Origin: Patescibacteria group bacterium
GTDB lineage: Bacteria > Patescibacteriota > Saccharimonadia > Saccharimonadales > 2-12-FULL-41-12
Direction of reading: 5' to 3'
NCBI GenBank assembly: GCA_038064875.1
Contig: JBBTSC010000001.1
Span: forward strand, 571,004 to 635,003
Length of the DNA stretch: 64,000 nt
The notes under the pieces are model-generated. The model saw only the letters and a program-made list of their open reading frames with translations, searched no databases and was not told where the DNA came from. Each line of letters opens with the position of its first letter. Position 1 is the first letter of the stretch. Positions 8,401 to 17,772 of this stretch are shown in pieces. Both the position numbers and the translations under genes were made by a program.

Positions 8401-8832
8401 TTATACCCGCTTTTTAAGCTCAGACAATCTAGGAATAAAGGACTGGGCAGCTCCGGATAGATCTAATATCTTAAGCGCTCCGATCAATACATAAATATTG
8501 TCTACTTGAGTTTGACTTGGTGAATCCTCTGCTCTGCGAAACAAATACTCTATTTTATCCACAAGCCACTTCTCCTCTTCTGGTGCAACTTGATTAGTCG
8601 GCAGTGCAGGCTGACTCTTGCTTTGAACAACCTGAAGAGATCGAGCACTTCTATCGCTTTTACTCAAATAGCCCTTGGCTATTAAGTTATTTATGTGCAC
8701 CGCTACTGTCGCAACTGATGAATAATTCAGCCCACTCATCACCTCACGGTAACTCGGACCGTAACCGTGTTGCTTGATAAATCTATCAATGTAATCAAGT
8801 AACTCAAATTGTTTTTTACTCGGGCGATTCAT
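8401..8832 (-). CDS. LexA-type winged-helix DNA-binding protein lacking the S24 peptidase domain
   Basis: The N-terminus ELLDYIDRFIKQHGYGPSYREVMSGLNYSSVATVAVHINNLIAKGYL matches the LexA DNA-binding domain. The C-terminal roughly 70 aa has no Ser/Lys peptidase motifs. The start overlaps the GtrA gene's stop. Confidence 0.6.
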   Translation of the reverse strand: MNRPSKKQFELLDYIDRFIKQHGYGPSYREVMSGLNYSSVATVAVHINNLIAKGYLSKSDRSARSLQVVQSKSQPALPTNQVAPEEEKWLVDKIEYLFRRAEDSPSQTQVDNIYVLIGALKILDLSGAAQSFIPRLSELKKRV

Positions 8833-9296
8833 TTTTTTCTCTTTTTTGTCTTTTTCGTTTTCTTGGAAAAAACCCAGATTTTAAAGAATATATAGTTAAA
8901 TACTGTGAAGAAACCAGCGCTGACGAACTGTCCTATATATGGGCTGATCCCTATTTCTCTTAGCCCACCAACTATCGCTAGATCAAGAACAAAGTTGATG
9001 AACATCAATAAGTAGAATTTTTGCGCTGAGTCTTCTACGTCTTTTCGTGTAGTTTTTTTCTGAGCAAAAACCCAATACCTCTCTAGGAAGAAGTTGACTG
9101 TCGCACCGATAAAATAAGCCAGTATCTTCGCAGGCCAGAATGTAACTCCAAGGACCTTATCCAATATTGCAAAACCAATATACCCTGACCAGAACTGTGC
9201 ACCACCAGCTGCCATATATTCAGCGAACCTGACAAATTCTCGTCGGTTGACCCAGTTTTTCTTTAGCTGATTTTTGGTTTTTCTGCTTTTTGACAT
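8829..9296 (-). CDS. GtrA-family polysaccharide-synthesis membrane protein
   Basis: Four TM helices with a GtrA-like pattern (FVRFAEYMAAGGAQFWSGYIGFAIL...) and a Lys-rich tail. Confidence 0.7.
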   Translation of the reverse strand: MSKSRKTKNQLKKNWVNRREFVRFAEYMAAGGAQFWSGYIGFAILDKVLGVTFWPAKILAYFIGATVNFFLERYWVFAQKKTTRKDVEDSAQKFYLLMFINFVLDLAIVGGLREIGISPYIGQFVSAGFFTVFNYIFFKIWVFSKKTKKTKKRKK

Positions 9297-9352
9297 TTTT
9301 GTTTTTTATTTAAGCGCTTTTATCATACCACATTTAACTGATATGTCTAAGG

Positions 9353-9361
9353 TGTTATAAT
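9353..9361 (+). promoter_or_regulatory. extended -10 promoter candidate (TGTTATAAT)
   Basis: TGnTATAAT lies 11 nt upstream of ATG 9373, with no SD between them. Confidence 0.35.
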
Positions 9362-9372
9362 TCCCTAAGATT

Positions 9373-10803
9373 ATGCATAAAAACATATCAGTAATTTATT
9401 CGTTATTCTTGCTCGTTGGTGATTTTTTGGCCATTTTGTTAGCATTTATTTCAGCCTATATTATCCGCGTTAAATTTGATGATCGGCCACTCGTTGAACA
9501 AATTTCTTCAAAAGAATACTTCACAGCTATTATCTTGGTCATACCTCTGTGGATAATCACACATTTTATTATTGGTCTGTATCAAAAATCTGTTTATCAG
9601 AATCGTTTTAAAGAGCTTGGACGGCTGATTATTGGATCATTTGTCGGAATACTCCTGGTTATAGGCTGGGATTTTGTAATTGAAAAGAGTCTCTTTCCTG
9701 CTCGATTAGTACCTGTTTATGCATTATTCCTAAGCCTAGGATTCTTGATAATATTCAGAACAGTGGCAAAAATAACCAGAAAACTCTTGCTTAAAAGAGG
9801 TTATGGAAAAGTTAATACACTGATAATTAGTGGCCACAGAACTCCAGACAGCCTTATACAGCATTTTATTGATCATCAAAGCGATGAATACAAAGTTATT
9901 GGAATCGTCGGCTCAAGTAAGTATTTTGGGCGAATACCGATTTTCTCAAACTTAGAAGAGGCTATTAAGAAATTTGGGGTTGATAAGATACAGTCCATTT
10001 TACAGACCGAGCTATCTTCAGAAGCTGAAGATAATTCTGAAATCTTAGAATTTGCGCAAATGAATCATATTGCGTACCAATTTGTCCCAGGCAACAATGA
10101 AGTACTATCAGGAAAAGTTGAAATTGAGCTCGTTAGAGACGTGCCTGTTGTTTCTATACACCAAACTTCTCTACTTGGCTGGGGCCGAATAGTCAAAAGA
10201 CTTTTTGACATCTTTGTTAGCATAATACTATTGATATTATTGTCGCCACTATTTGTCTTGATCGCTCTTTTGCAGAAAATCGCAGATCCTAAAGCTAAAA
10301 TTTTCTTCCGGCAAACTCGAATCACTCGATTCAACCAAGAATTTAAACTAGTAAAATTCCGCACTGCAAAATCAAAATACAATGAACTCTCTCCTGAAGA
10401 AGCATTTACTAAAATGGGCAAGCCAGAACTCATAGAAAAATACCGCAAGAATGGTGATCAACTAGCAAATGACCCTCGTTATGGACGATTTAGTAAATTT
10501 CTTCGTAGTTCTAGCTTGGACGAGTTGCCACAATTTTGGAATGTGCTCGTTGGAGAACTCAGTCTCGTCGGTCCAAGAGCACTGATACCTAAAGAAATTG
10601 GCGCATATAACAAAAAACACCACATACTCAGTGTCAAATCTGGCATAACCGGGTTGGCTCAAGTCTCTGGACGCAAGGATATAGACTTTGAAGAACGCCG
10701 AAAGCTTGATGTGTATTATGTTCAAAATTGGAGCTTCTGGCTTGATATATCAATACTTATCAGAACAATAAGGGTAGTTGTCACAAAAAATGGCGCAAAA
10801 TAA
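9373..10803 (+). CDS. polyprenyl-phosphate sugar-phosphate transferase (WbaP/EpsB-like initiating enzyme)
   Basis: Four N-terminal TM helices, a central Rossmann-like domain and a C-terminal bacterial sugar transferase domain (KRLFDIFVSIILL...DELPQFWNVLVGELSLVGPRA). Confidence 0.85.
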   Translation: MHKNISVIYSLFLLVGDFLAILLAFISAYIIRVKFDDRPLVEQISSKEYFTAIILVIPLWIITHFIIGLYQKSVYQNRFKELGRLIIGSFVGILLVIGWDFVIEKSLFPARLVPVYALFLSLGFLIIFRTVAKITRKLLLKRGYGKVNTLIISGHRTPDSLIQHFIDHQSDEYKVIGIVGSSKYFGRIPIFSNLEEAIKKFGVDKIQSILQTELSSEAEDNSEILEFAQMNHIAYQFVPGNNEVLSGKVEIELVRDVPVVSIHQTSLLGWGRIVKRLFDIFVSIILLILLSPLFVLIALLQKIADPKAKIFFRQTRITRFNQEFKLVKFRTAKSKYNELSPEEAFTKMGKPELIEKYRKNGDQLANDPRYGRFSKFLRSSSLDELPQFWNVLVGELSLVGPRALIPKEIGAYNKKHHILSVKSGITGLAQVSGRKDIDFEERRKLDVYYVQNWSFWLDISILIRTIRVVVTKNGAK

Positions 10804-10977
10804 CCTGATTATGCCTGGGACATGCAAAATAGTTCAGAATCATTGTTCTTCCGAGCAATATGACCGAGCCGTACTGAAGTACGGTAAAAGAATATTGTCG
10901 AAGGAAAACATTGATTTCTGGACATTTAGACTACCCGGGCAAGACAAATTTGTTTTGGCTTTTCGGGGAGGTGTTGC

Positions 10978-12066
10978 ATGAGCCAGGTAGCTATTGTGTG
11001 TGATTGGCTAACCGGCAAAGGCGGTGCCGAACGCGTCGTCAAAGAGCTGGCAAATCTTTACCCCGATGCTCCGATCTACACTTCCCAGTATGATCCTGAG
11101 AGTATAGATTGGTTTGCAACCTCAGATGTACGGACTGGCTGGCTACAGAAAATATCACCGAAATTAAAGAAATTCTTGCCTGTACTACGCGCAGTTTATT
11201 TTTCTCGACTAGATCTGAGCGATTACGATCTTGTCATTTCATCAAGCGGGGCAGAGGCAAAATATATAAAAGCGAAAACCCATGTTTGCTATATGCATGC
11301 ACCTACCCACTACTATTGGGCTCGTTATGATCAGTACATGAAGCATCCTGGTTTCCCTCAAGGGCTCAATTGGTTAGCGAGACTTGGCCTGAAGCTACTT
11401 GCCGGCCCAATGCGAAAACTTGACTGGAAAAAGATGCAAGATATTGATCTTGTTATCACTAACTCTAGCTACACAAAATCTCAAATTAAGAAGTATTACG
11501 GACTAGACTCAGAAGTGGTTCACCCGCCTGTTGATCTTGATCGATTTAGTAGAGAAGAATTGAATGAAAAGCACCGAAATGGCTTTGTCGTTATCGGACG
11601 ACAAACACCATATAAAAAAGTTGATCTTGCAGTACAGTCTTGTACCAACCTAAAACTACCCCTCAATGTTATTGGCGACGGGCCGGACAACGCTAAGCTA
11701 AAGTCTATAGCTGGACCGACAATTAATTTTTATGAGAACGCTTCTGACAAAGAAATCGTTGAGCTACTGAGTCATGCGGAAGGATTTATCTTTCCGGGCG
11801 TTGATGATTTTGGAATTGTGTCTATAGAGGCTATGTCAGCAGGCACACCAGTGATTGCATTTAAAGATGGTGGGGCTTTGGACTATGTCGTACCAAACAA
11901 AACTGGTGAATTTTTTGATCAACAATCAGTGGAGTCTCTGGTCGACACTCTAGAGAACTTCAGCCCGAAGAATTATAATCACGGGTCAATCAAAAAGTTT
12001 GCTGAGCAATTCTCGTCTCTTGTCTTCCGTGATAAAATTAAGAAACTAATGAACGAAAGAATTTGA
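10978..12066 (+). CDS. glycosyltransferase family 4 (GT-B)
   Basis: GKGGAERVV at the N-terminus and a C-terminal EX7E-type motif (AEGFIFPGVDDFGIVSIEAMSAGTPVIA). The RBS GGGGAGG lies upstream. Confidence 0.8.
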   Translation: MSQVAIVCDWLTGKGGAERVVKELANLYPDAPIYTSQYDPESIDWFATSDVRTGWLQKISPKLKKFLPVLRAVYFSRLDLSDYDLVISSSGAEAKYIKAKTHVCYMHAPTHYYWARYDQYMKHPGFPQGLNWLARLGLKLLAGPMRKLDWKKMQDIDLVITNSSYTKSQIKKYYGLDSEVVHPPVDLDRFSREELNEKHRNGFVVIGRQTPYKKVDLAVQSCTNLKLPLNVIGDGPDNAKLKSIAGPTINFYENASDKEIVELLSHAEGFIFPGVDDFGIVSIEAMSAGTPVIAFKDGGALDYVVPNKTGEFFDQQSVESLVDTLENFSPKNYNHGSIKKFAEQFSSLVFRDKIKKLMNERI

Positions 12067-12073
12067 AAATTAT

Positions 12074-13897
12074 ATGTGTGGAATTGTTGGATTTGTCGGT
12101 GAAACAGATGCTCAAGAGGCAGTCTTGGCTGGACTCAAAACACTAGAATACCGAGGGTATGATTCAGCCGGAATAGCCACACTTGGGGCAAAAAAGATTG
12201 AAGTAGTCAAACAGCTAGGCGAAGTAGATAACATCAGAAAGTCTGAAAATTTTGAATCAAGTAATAAGGCAAAAAATGTCATTGGTCACACGCGCTGGGC
12301 AACTCATGGAAAGCCATCTGTATCAAACGCTCACCCGCATTTCAATAAGGACCAGACTATCTGCGTTGTTCACAATGGGATAATCGAAAATTATCAGACT
12401 ATAAAAGAAATGCTCCAAGCCCAAGGATATGAATTCATCTCTGAGACCGATACTGAAGTTATCCCCCACCTTATTGATTACAATATGCGCGTGGCCAAAG
12501 ATTTTCTCAGAGCGTTTGAACAGACTCTAAAGCAACTCAACGGCGCTTACGCTATTGCCGCCACTTCTGTGGGCGAACCCGATAAGATTTTTGTTGCCAA
12601 GCTATCAAGTCCTCTGGTTATTGGTTCTTCCGAGGGCTTCCATGCAGTTGCCTCCGATAAATCTGCCATCGTCAATCATGTTAAGGAAATAGCATACCTG
12701 GAAGATTACGATTTTGGCTATATTTCAAGTAAATCAATTGAAATAAAAAATCGTTTTAGTGACCACAGCAAGGTTGAAAAAGAATCTATTGATGAAGAAT
12801 TTGTTGATTCTGATCTTGGTGAGTATGCGCACTATTTGGAAAAGGAAATTTTTGAAGCGCCAGAGACACTTAAATTAGCATCCGCTGGTCGAGTTAGCCC
12901 CAATGGACAAGTGAAACTCGGTGGACTCGACAGCGTTCAGTCACAACTGGAACACATTGAGCGAATAGTTATAATTGCCTGCGGGACATCATATTTTGCA
13001 GGTCTCATTGGTGAATATTTGATTGAAGAAATTGCTGGCATACCAGTTGAAGTACAGCTCTCGAGCGAATTTAAGTACCGACAGGAGCCGTTCTCTAGAA
13101 GTACTGCTGTAATCGCCATATCTCAATCTGGTGAGACAGCAGACACCATAGCAGCACTTAAGAAAATGGATAACTTGGGGATTTTGAAACTCGGTATCGT
13201 TAATGCGCCAGGTTCAACTATCTCACGCATAACAGACGCAGGCGTGTATTGTCACGCTGGACCAGAATTATCCGTTGCCTCCACTAAAGCTTTTATTGCT
13301 CAAGTTACCGTGCTATCAGAGATTGCTCTTTATCTGAACAAAACCGATTCTGATCTTGCTAAATCTCTCTGCAAAGAAATTCTTGCCTTGCCTGATAAAT
13401 TAACAAACGTTTTGGCGCAAGCCGACAAGATCAAAAGTGTCGCCAAAAAATATGCTAAAAATCGAGATTTCCTCTATATTGGCAGGGGCTACTGTTTCCC
13501 AGCAGCGCTCGAAGGGGCTCTTAAACTAAAAGAGCTTTCATATATCCATGCAGAGGGCTATGCATCTGGTGAAATGAAGCACGGCCCATTGGCCATGATT
13601 GACGAGGATTTCCCTACCCTAGCTATCGCAACAAAATCAGATCTCCTTCACAAGACTATTTCTAATATTCAAGAGATCAAGGCGAGAAATGGCAAAGTCA
13701 TCGGCATAGTGACAGCAGGCGAGAAAGAAGCCAGCGAGCATTGCGATGACTTCATAGAAATACCTGAGACTATGGAACAGACTACTCCTATCCTTGTGGC
13801 TATTGTTGAACATCTCTTCGCCTACTACGTAGCTCTGGAAAACGGCAAGAACGTCGACAGGCCCCGTAACCTAGCAAAATCGGTCACGGTCGAGTAA
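12074..13897 (+). CDS. glmS: glutamine--fructose-6-phosphate aminotransferase
   Basis: MCGIVGFVG Ntn amidotransferase start, two SIS domains and a C-terminal NLAKSVTVE. Confidence 0.95.
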   Translation: MCGIVGFVGETDAQEAVLAGLKTLEYRGYDSAGIATLGAKKIEVVKQLGEVDNIRKSENFESSNKAKNVIGHTRWATHGKPSVSNAHPHFNKDQTICVVHNGIIENYQTIKEMLQAQGYEFISETDTEVIPHLIDYNMRVAKDFLRAFEQTLKQLNGAYAIAATSVGEPDKIFVAKLSSPLVIGSSEGFHAVASDKSAIVNHVKEIAYLEDYDFGYISSKSIEIKNRFSDHSKVEKESIDEEFVDSDLGEYAHYLEKEIFEAPETLKLASAGRVSPNGQVKLGGLDSVQSQLEHIERIVIIACGTSYFAGLIGEYLIEEIAGIPVEVQLSSEFKYRQEPFSRSTAVIAISQSGETADTIAALKKMDNLGILKLGIVNAPGSTISRITDAGVYCHAGPELSVASTKAFIAQVTVLSEIALYLNKTDSDLAKSLCKEILALPDKLTNVLAQADKIKSVAKKYAKNRDFLYIGRGYCFPAALEGALKLKELSYIHAEGYASGEMKHGPLAMIDEDFPTLAIATKSDLLHKTISNIQEIKARNGKVIGIVTAGEKEASEHCDDFIEIPETMEQTTPILVAIVEHLFAYYVALENGKNVDRPRNLAKSVTVE

Positions 13898-13906
13898 AAT
13901 AAGACC

Positions 13907-14803
13907 ATGCAACCAACCATAAAACCTGTACGCAAAGCTGTTATAGCAGCAGCTGGACTCGGTACAAGATTTTTACCCCAGACTAAATCTTTTCCGAAAG
14001 AAATGCTACCAATTGTCGACAAACCTGTTATCCAATACATCGTAGAGGAACTGGTTGGAGCTGGTATTGAAGACATTGTGCTTGTTACTGGATACCACAA
14101 GAGAGCTATCGAAGACCATTTTGATAAACCAAGTGCAGACTTGGTAGACAAACTCACCGAATCAGGAAAGACCAAAGAGTTAGAACTAGTAAACAGTGTT
14201 AGTAATTTAGCAAATTTTATATACATCCGTCAGAAAGGCCATCATGGCAACGGTACGCCTGTACTTAACGCTGAACATATTATTGGTAATGAGCCATTTA
14301 TTTACACCTTTGCCGATGATTTCTTTGTCGCAAGCCCATCTAGATTCAAGCAAATGGTAGATTTGTACAACCAGACCGGCGCGTCTATTGTTTCTTGTAT
14401 CAAAGCCGACAAGCCCGAAGATTATGATCGCTATGGCTATGTTAGTGGCGAGCAAACTGGTGAAGGTATCTATGATCTTAAAAGTATCGTTGAAAAACCT
14501 GGCCAAGCTAATGCCCCGTCAGATATCGCCAGCGTCAGTGGTTATCTGTTTGTCCCTGAGATATTTAGTTACCTCAACGAAGACTATGCTAATTTTGATC
14601 CAACAAAGGGTGAATTTACAACTCATGATTCAACCCAGCGAATGATCAACGACGGGCTACCATTTAAAGCCCTCGAGATCAAAAACGGAAAATACTACGA
14701 CAGCGGAAACAAACTAGAATATATAAAAACAGTCGTCGATTTTGCCCTTAAAAACCCAGAAATATCTGAAGATCTGAAGATCTATCTGAAATCACTATTG
14801 TAG
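13907..14803 (+). CDS. galU: UTP--glucose-1-phosphate uridylyltransferase
   Basis: AVIAAAGLGTRFLPQTKSFPKEMLPIVDKPVIQYIVEE is the canonical GalU N-terminus. Confidence 0.85.
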   Translation: MQPTIKPVRKAVIAAAGLGTRFLPQTKSFPKEMLPIVDKPVIQYIVEELVGAGIEDIVLVTGYHKRAIEDHFDKPSADLVDKLTESGKTKELELVNSVSNLANFIYIRQKGHHGNGTPVLNAEHIIGNEPFIYTFADDFFVASPSRFKQMVDLYNQTGASIVSCIKADKPEDYDRYGYVSGEQTGEGIYDLKSIVEKPGQANAPSDIASVSGYLFVPEIFSYLNEDYANFDPTKGEFTTHDSTQRMINDGLPFKALEIKNGKYYDSGNKLEYIKTVVDFALKNPEISEDLKIYLKSLL

Positions 14804-16582
14804 ATCAGTGATTTGATCGTCCGGTAGGCGAAATAGAGCTTCGTCTAGGCGCTTTTGGTCTAGGTAGTGCGCAATAAATCCAACTGTACGAGCATAAACA
14901 AATATCGCATTACAAAATTCGGTATCAACCAAAGCCTTAATTTGTTCCAGACTATAGCCTTCTTCCTCAGCTAGCATGTCAAGCGTCAAAGCTCCAATAA
15001 GACCATCTACATTGAGGATTAGCTGAGCTTTTTTATTAGAAGTTATTTTCTCTACCTCAAGAGCAAAATTTGTATAATCTCCAGTCTTAAATTCAGCTAA
15101 CAATTTGGTTACTCTAGGGTCTGGGCTATCCACTCGGTATTTCTTATGGCCGATTCCAGCTATATATTCTTTTTTGGAAGCAAAACGTTCTACAAAATCT
15201 TGCGGTGATTCTCCGCTCGCTACTGCCTGGAGCCAATTCTGCGCTGCCTGATTAATAGCACCACCAAAACGTGGGCCAATGGTCAAAAGCCCTGTAGCAA
15301 GTCCGGCAGTCAAGTCTCTGCCTGCTCTAGCAGTAACCATGGTGTTGACCGCACCAGATACCTGAGGACCGTGATCTACCAACAATCTTAAGCTCAGATC
15401 AAAAAATCGTGAAAACTCAGGTGATTTAGGCTCATGACCCAAGAACATACTCAAAGCCACTTGGCTCAGTGATTTGTTGCCCACAAATTCAATTAACTCT
15501 TTGCCTAGAATCCTTACATCTCCACCTTTGTCAGAAGACACATTGTTAACAAACATTGCGTGCTTTCTGTTTTCTAGATCAGATGCTTGATCATTCATAG
15601 TATTATTATCGTCCATTTGCCCCCCTTCGGCAACCGTCTCTTTAATTAATTGTTCGAAATTGCTGAAACTATCTGCAACTTTTGCTCCAACGCTTGCGAG
15701 AACTTGCCTTTTTGCTGAAGCTGTCTCTGACGGATCGTGAGCCATCGCCTTAGCATGGCCAAATTGTGGAGCATCTTCAAAACTCTCTGCTACTTTACCA
15801 GCAATATAACAAATAAGTGGCTTCGTGTTTGCTGAGTTTTTAAGTAGCTCCGCTATTTCATATTCGTCTCTTCCCCCCACCTCTCCGAAAAAGACTATCG
15901 CTTTTGTTTGTTGATCATTGAGCGCCAGGCTAACAAGATCAACTGGCTTTAATATCGGATACCGTTCTCCGCCTATAGCACCAGCGAAGGAAACACTCCC
16001 GCCAAATCCTGCAATCATGTTAATCAACTCATTGGTAACTCCTCCAGATGTTGATATAACTGCAGTAGACCCGGCTTTAGTAATCCTGGACTTAGTTATT
16101 TGGGAAGCAAGCGTTCCACCTATCGCACCGATTTTACAAACTCCCGATATCAAGAAGCCAACACTAGCTGGGCCCAGAATAAAAATGTTTTTTTGCTTTG
16201 CCAGCTCTCGTAGTTTTAGAGCATGTCTTTCTGTTACTCCCTCAGCAAAAACCATGCCACCAACAACGTTCGGCAATAATCCTATTGCCTCCTCACAAGC
16301 ACTAATTGCTCTTCGCCCAGATTGAGCTACAGCAAAAAGATCAATTTCCTCAAGAACATCTGCTGGAACTTCCTTAAGAGAAATGTATCCTGGTAGAACT
16401 ATTTCTTTTTTACCCCAGAAATAACGAAGACTTTTTCTCTGCACACCAATTATGGCCCTAATACTCGGCTGGTTTTTGCCCGATAGATAGTCAAAATCTA
16501 GAGTCGACTGAATAATACCAGGGTGATTGCCAAAGACAACGGCTCCCAGATTTTGTTTTCCCTTTAGGCCATCGATATTCAT
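14795..16582 (-). CDS. aclA: ATP-citrate lyase alpha subunit (CoA-ligase domain + citryl-CoA lyase/citrate-synthase-like domain)
   Basis: The sequence looks colinear with the C-terminal two thirds of ACLY. Matching segments are LDFDYLSGK..RYFWGKKEIVLPGY, the phospho-His loop PQFGHAKAMAHDPSETASAKRQ, DHGPQVSGAVNTMVTARAGRDL, GIGHKKYRVDSPDPRV, LILNVDGLIGAL and GFIAHYLDQKRL. Confidence 0.85.
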   Translation of the reverse strand: MNIDGLKGKQNLGAVVFGNHPGIIQSTLDFDYLSGKNQPSIRAIIGVQRKSLRYFWGKKEIVLPGYISLKEVPADVLEEIDLFAVAQSGRRAISACEEAIGLLPNVVGGMVFAEGVTERHALKLRELAKQKNIFILGPASVGFLISGVCKIGAIGGTLASQITKSRITKAGSTAVISTSGGVTNELINMIAGFGGSVSFAGAIGGERYPILKPVDLVSLALNDQQTKAIVFFGEVGGRDEYEIAELLKNSANTKPLICYIAGKVAESFEDAPQFGHAKAMAHDPSETASAKRQVLASVGAKVADSFSNFEQLIKETVAEGGQMDDNNTMNDQASDLENRKHAMFVNNVSSDKGGDVRILGKELIEFVGNKSLSQVALSMFLGHEPKSPEFSRFFDLSLRLLVDHGPQVSGAVNTMVTARAGRDLTAGLATGLLTIGPRFGGAINQAAQNWLQAVASGESPQDFVERFASKKEYIAGIGHKKYRVDSPDPRVTKLLAEFKTGDYTNFALEVEKITSNKKAQLILNVDGLIGALTLDMLAEEEGYSLEQIKALVDTEFCNAIFVYARTVGFIAHYLDQKRLDEALFRLPDDQITDLQ

Positions 16583-17745
16583 GAGTTTAGCTCCTCAATA
16601 GCAGTTTTGACAGTAGCCCCAATAGAAAGTTCTGTCCCAGAAACTTTGCTGGTCACGCCTTTACTGTCCAGAAAATCCTTCATTAACTTTAGCCCCTGCT
16701 CTTGATTTGGGCCACCTCGTCTGACTACCACTTTGATACCCTGATTTTTTAGCTCATCAATATTCTCATCAAGCGCCCTGATAACACCCTTAAAGGTCTT
16801 AGCAACATCTGTAAAGTTTGCCACACCTCCGGCAATGAGTAGCACTTTTTTCTCTGCCTTTGAGTCAAGCATCAATCTCACTACCTGTTTTGTATAGAGG
16901 TAAGTGTCCTCTTCATTTGGATTACCGCTATATTCGCCGTAATTTCCAATAATATCTTTGTCTGCCAAGCTAGCAATTTCGTCTAATATAACTACACTCG
17001 CGCCGCCGCCCGAAAGCAACAAAAACAGATTTCCGTCTGGGTTTAGCACCTTAAGAACCAGTGAAGCTGGAGTGGTTGAAGCTAGTTCCTCAATAGCATG
17101 CTCTGCAGGATGTAGCGTTTTCTTTGGAGCTCTAAAGTCTGCAGACGACCATCCCTGAGCGAAAAATTCTGCCGATGAATCAATCTCTACTGCCGCATCA
17201 AGTGGAGTGATTTTGTCACCCTGAATTACTAAAGGATTGATCTCTAGATAAGTCATTTGATTGGTCTCGAATAAATCTAGTAATTTCCTGATAACGTCTG
17301 GGTTTAGATCTGTCGTATTAGTACTGATATCACTATCAAAGCCAAACAAACAGCTCTGCAGAGTTTCTTTATTATCCTCTATGTTCACCCCGCCTTGAGA
17401 CGAATATTGCAATTCTACGCCAGCATCTGTGAGTTGCATCGCTACAAAATGTTCATCCTTTTGATCATGCTCAAAAAAGGGTTCAACTAGCCCATGACTG
17501 TAGCCTTGCTCAGCAAAATCTTTAAGGTCATCTATCACCTGCGAAGCATTGCGATTGAGTTTGACCAATCCAAACTGATTTCTTTTCTTGACGGCTTGAT
17601 CCACCTTAACAACATAGTTGCCTTCAGTTAGGCCAAGTTGTGAAATATCCTTTGATAAATCAACACTAACCCCAGTATATTCAAAGCCGAATACTTGCGA
17701 CAGTAGATTCTTCGCTCTAAATTCAGAAATTTTTACTCTAGCCAT
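16579..17745 (-). CDS. aclB: ATP-citrate lyase beta subunit (ATP-grasp / citrate-binding)
   Basis: The size (388 aa) and the N-terminus MARVKISEFRAKNLL resemble the ACLY/AclB start. It has an ATP-grasp fold with EINPLV and GGIVNFTDVA-like (GGVANFTDVAKTFKG) motifs. There is a 4-nt overlap with aclA. Confidence 0.75.
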   Translation of the reverse strand: MARVKISEFRAKNLLSQVFGFEYTGVSVDLSKDISQLGLTEGNYVVKVDQAVKKRNQFGLVKLNRNASQVIDDLKDFAEQGYSHGLVEPFFEHDQKDEHFVAMQLTDAGVELQYSSQGGVNIEDNKETLQSCLFGFDSDISTNTTDLNPDVIRKLLDLFETNQMTYLEINPLVIQGDKITPLDAAVEIDSSAEFFAQGWSSADFRAPKKTLHPAEHAIEELASTTPASLVLKVLNPDGNLFLLLSGGGASVVILDEIASLADKDIIGNYGEYSGNPNEEDTYLYTKQVVRLMLDSKAEKKVLLIAGGVANFTDVAKTFKGVIRALDENIDELKNQGIKVVVRRGGPNQEQGLKLMKDFLDSKGVTSKVSGTELSIGATVKTAIEELNS

Positions 17746-17772
17746 TGTCCAACATTATACAGCAACAGAACT

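Noticed and set aside
10778-10981. 67-aa ORF bridging the sugar transferase and the GT4 gene
   Set aside because: It overlaps the end of the upstream gene in another frame, has no recognisable motif, and its 3' end is the GGGGAGG SD of the GT4 gene. I treat it as a spacer, although a tiny coupled ORF cannot be fully excluded.
12067-12073. glmS ribozyme upstream of glmS
   Set aside because: Only 7 nt separate the preceding GT4 stop from the glmS ATG, leaving no room for the roughly 170-nt ribozyme. glmS is simply co-transcribed.
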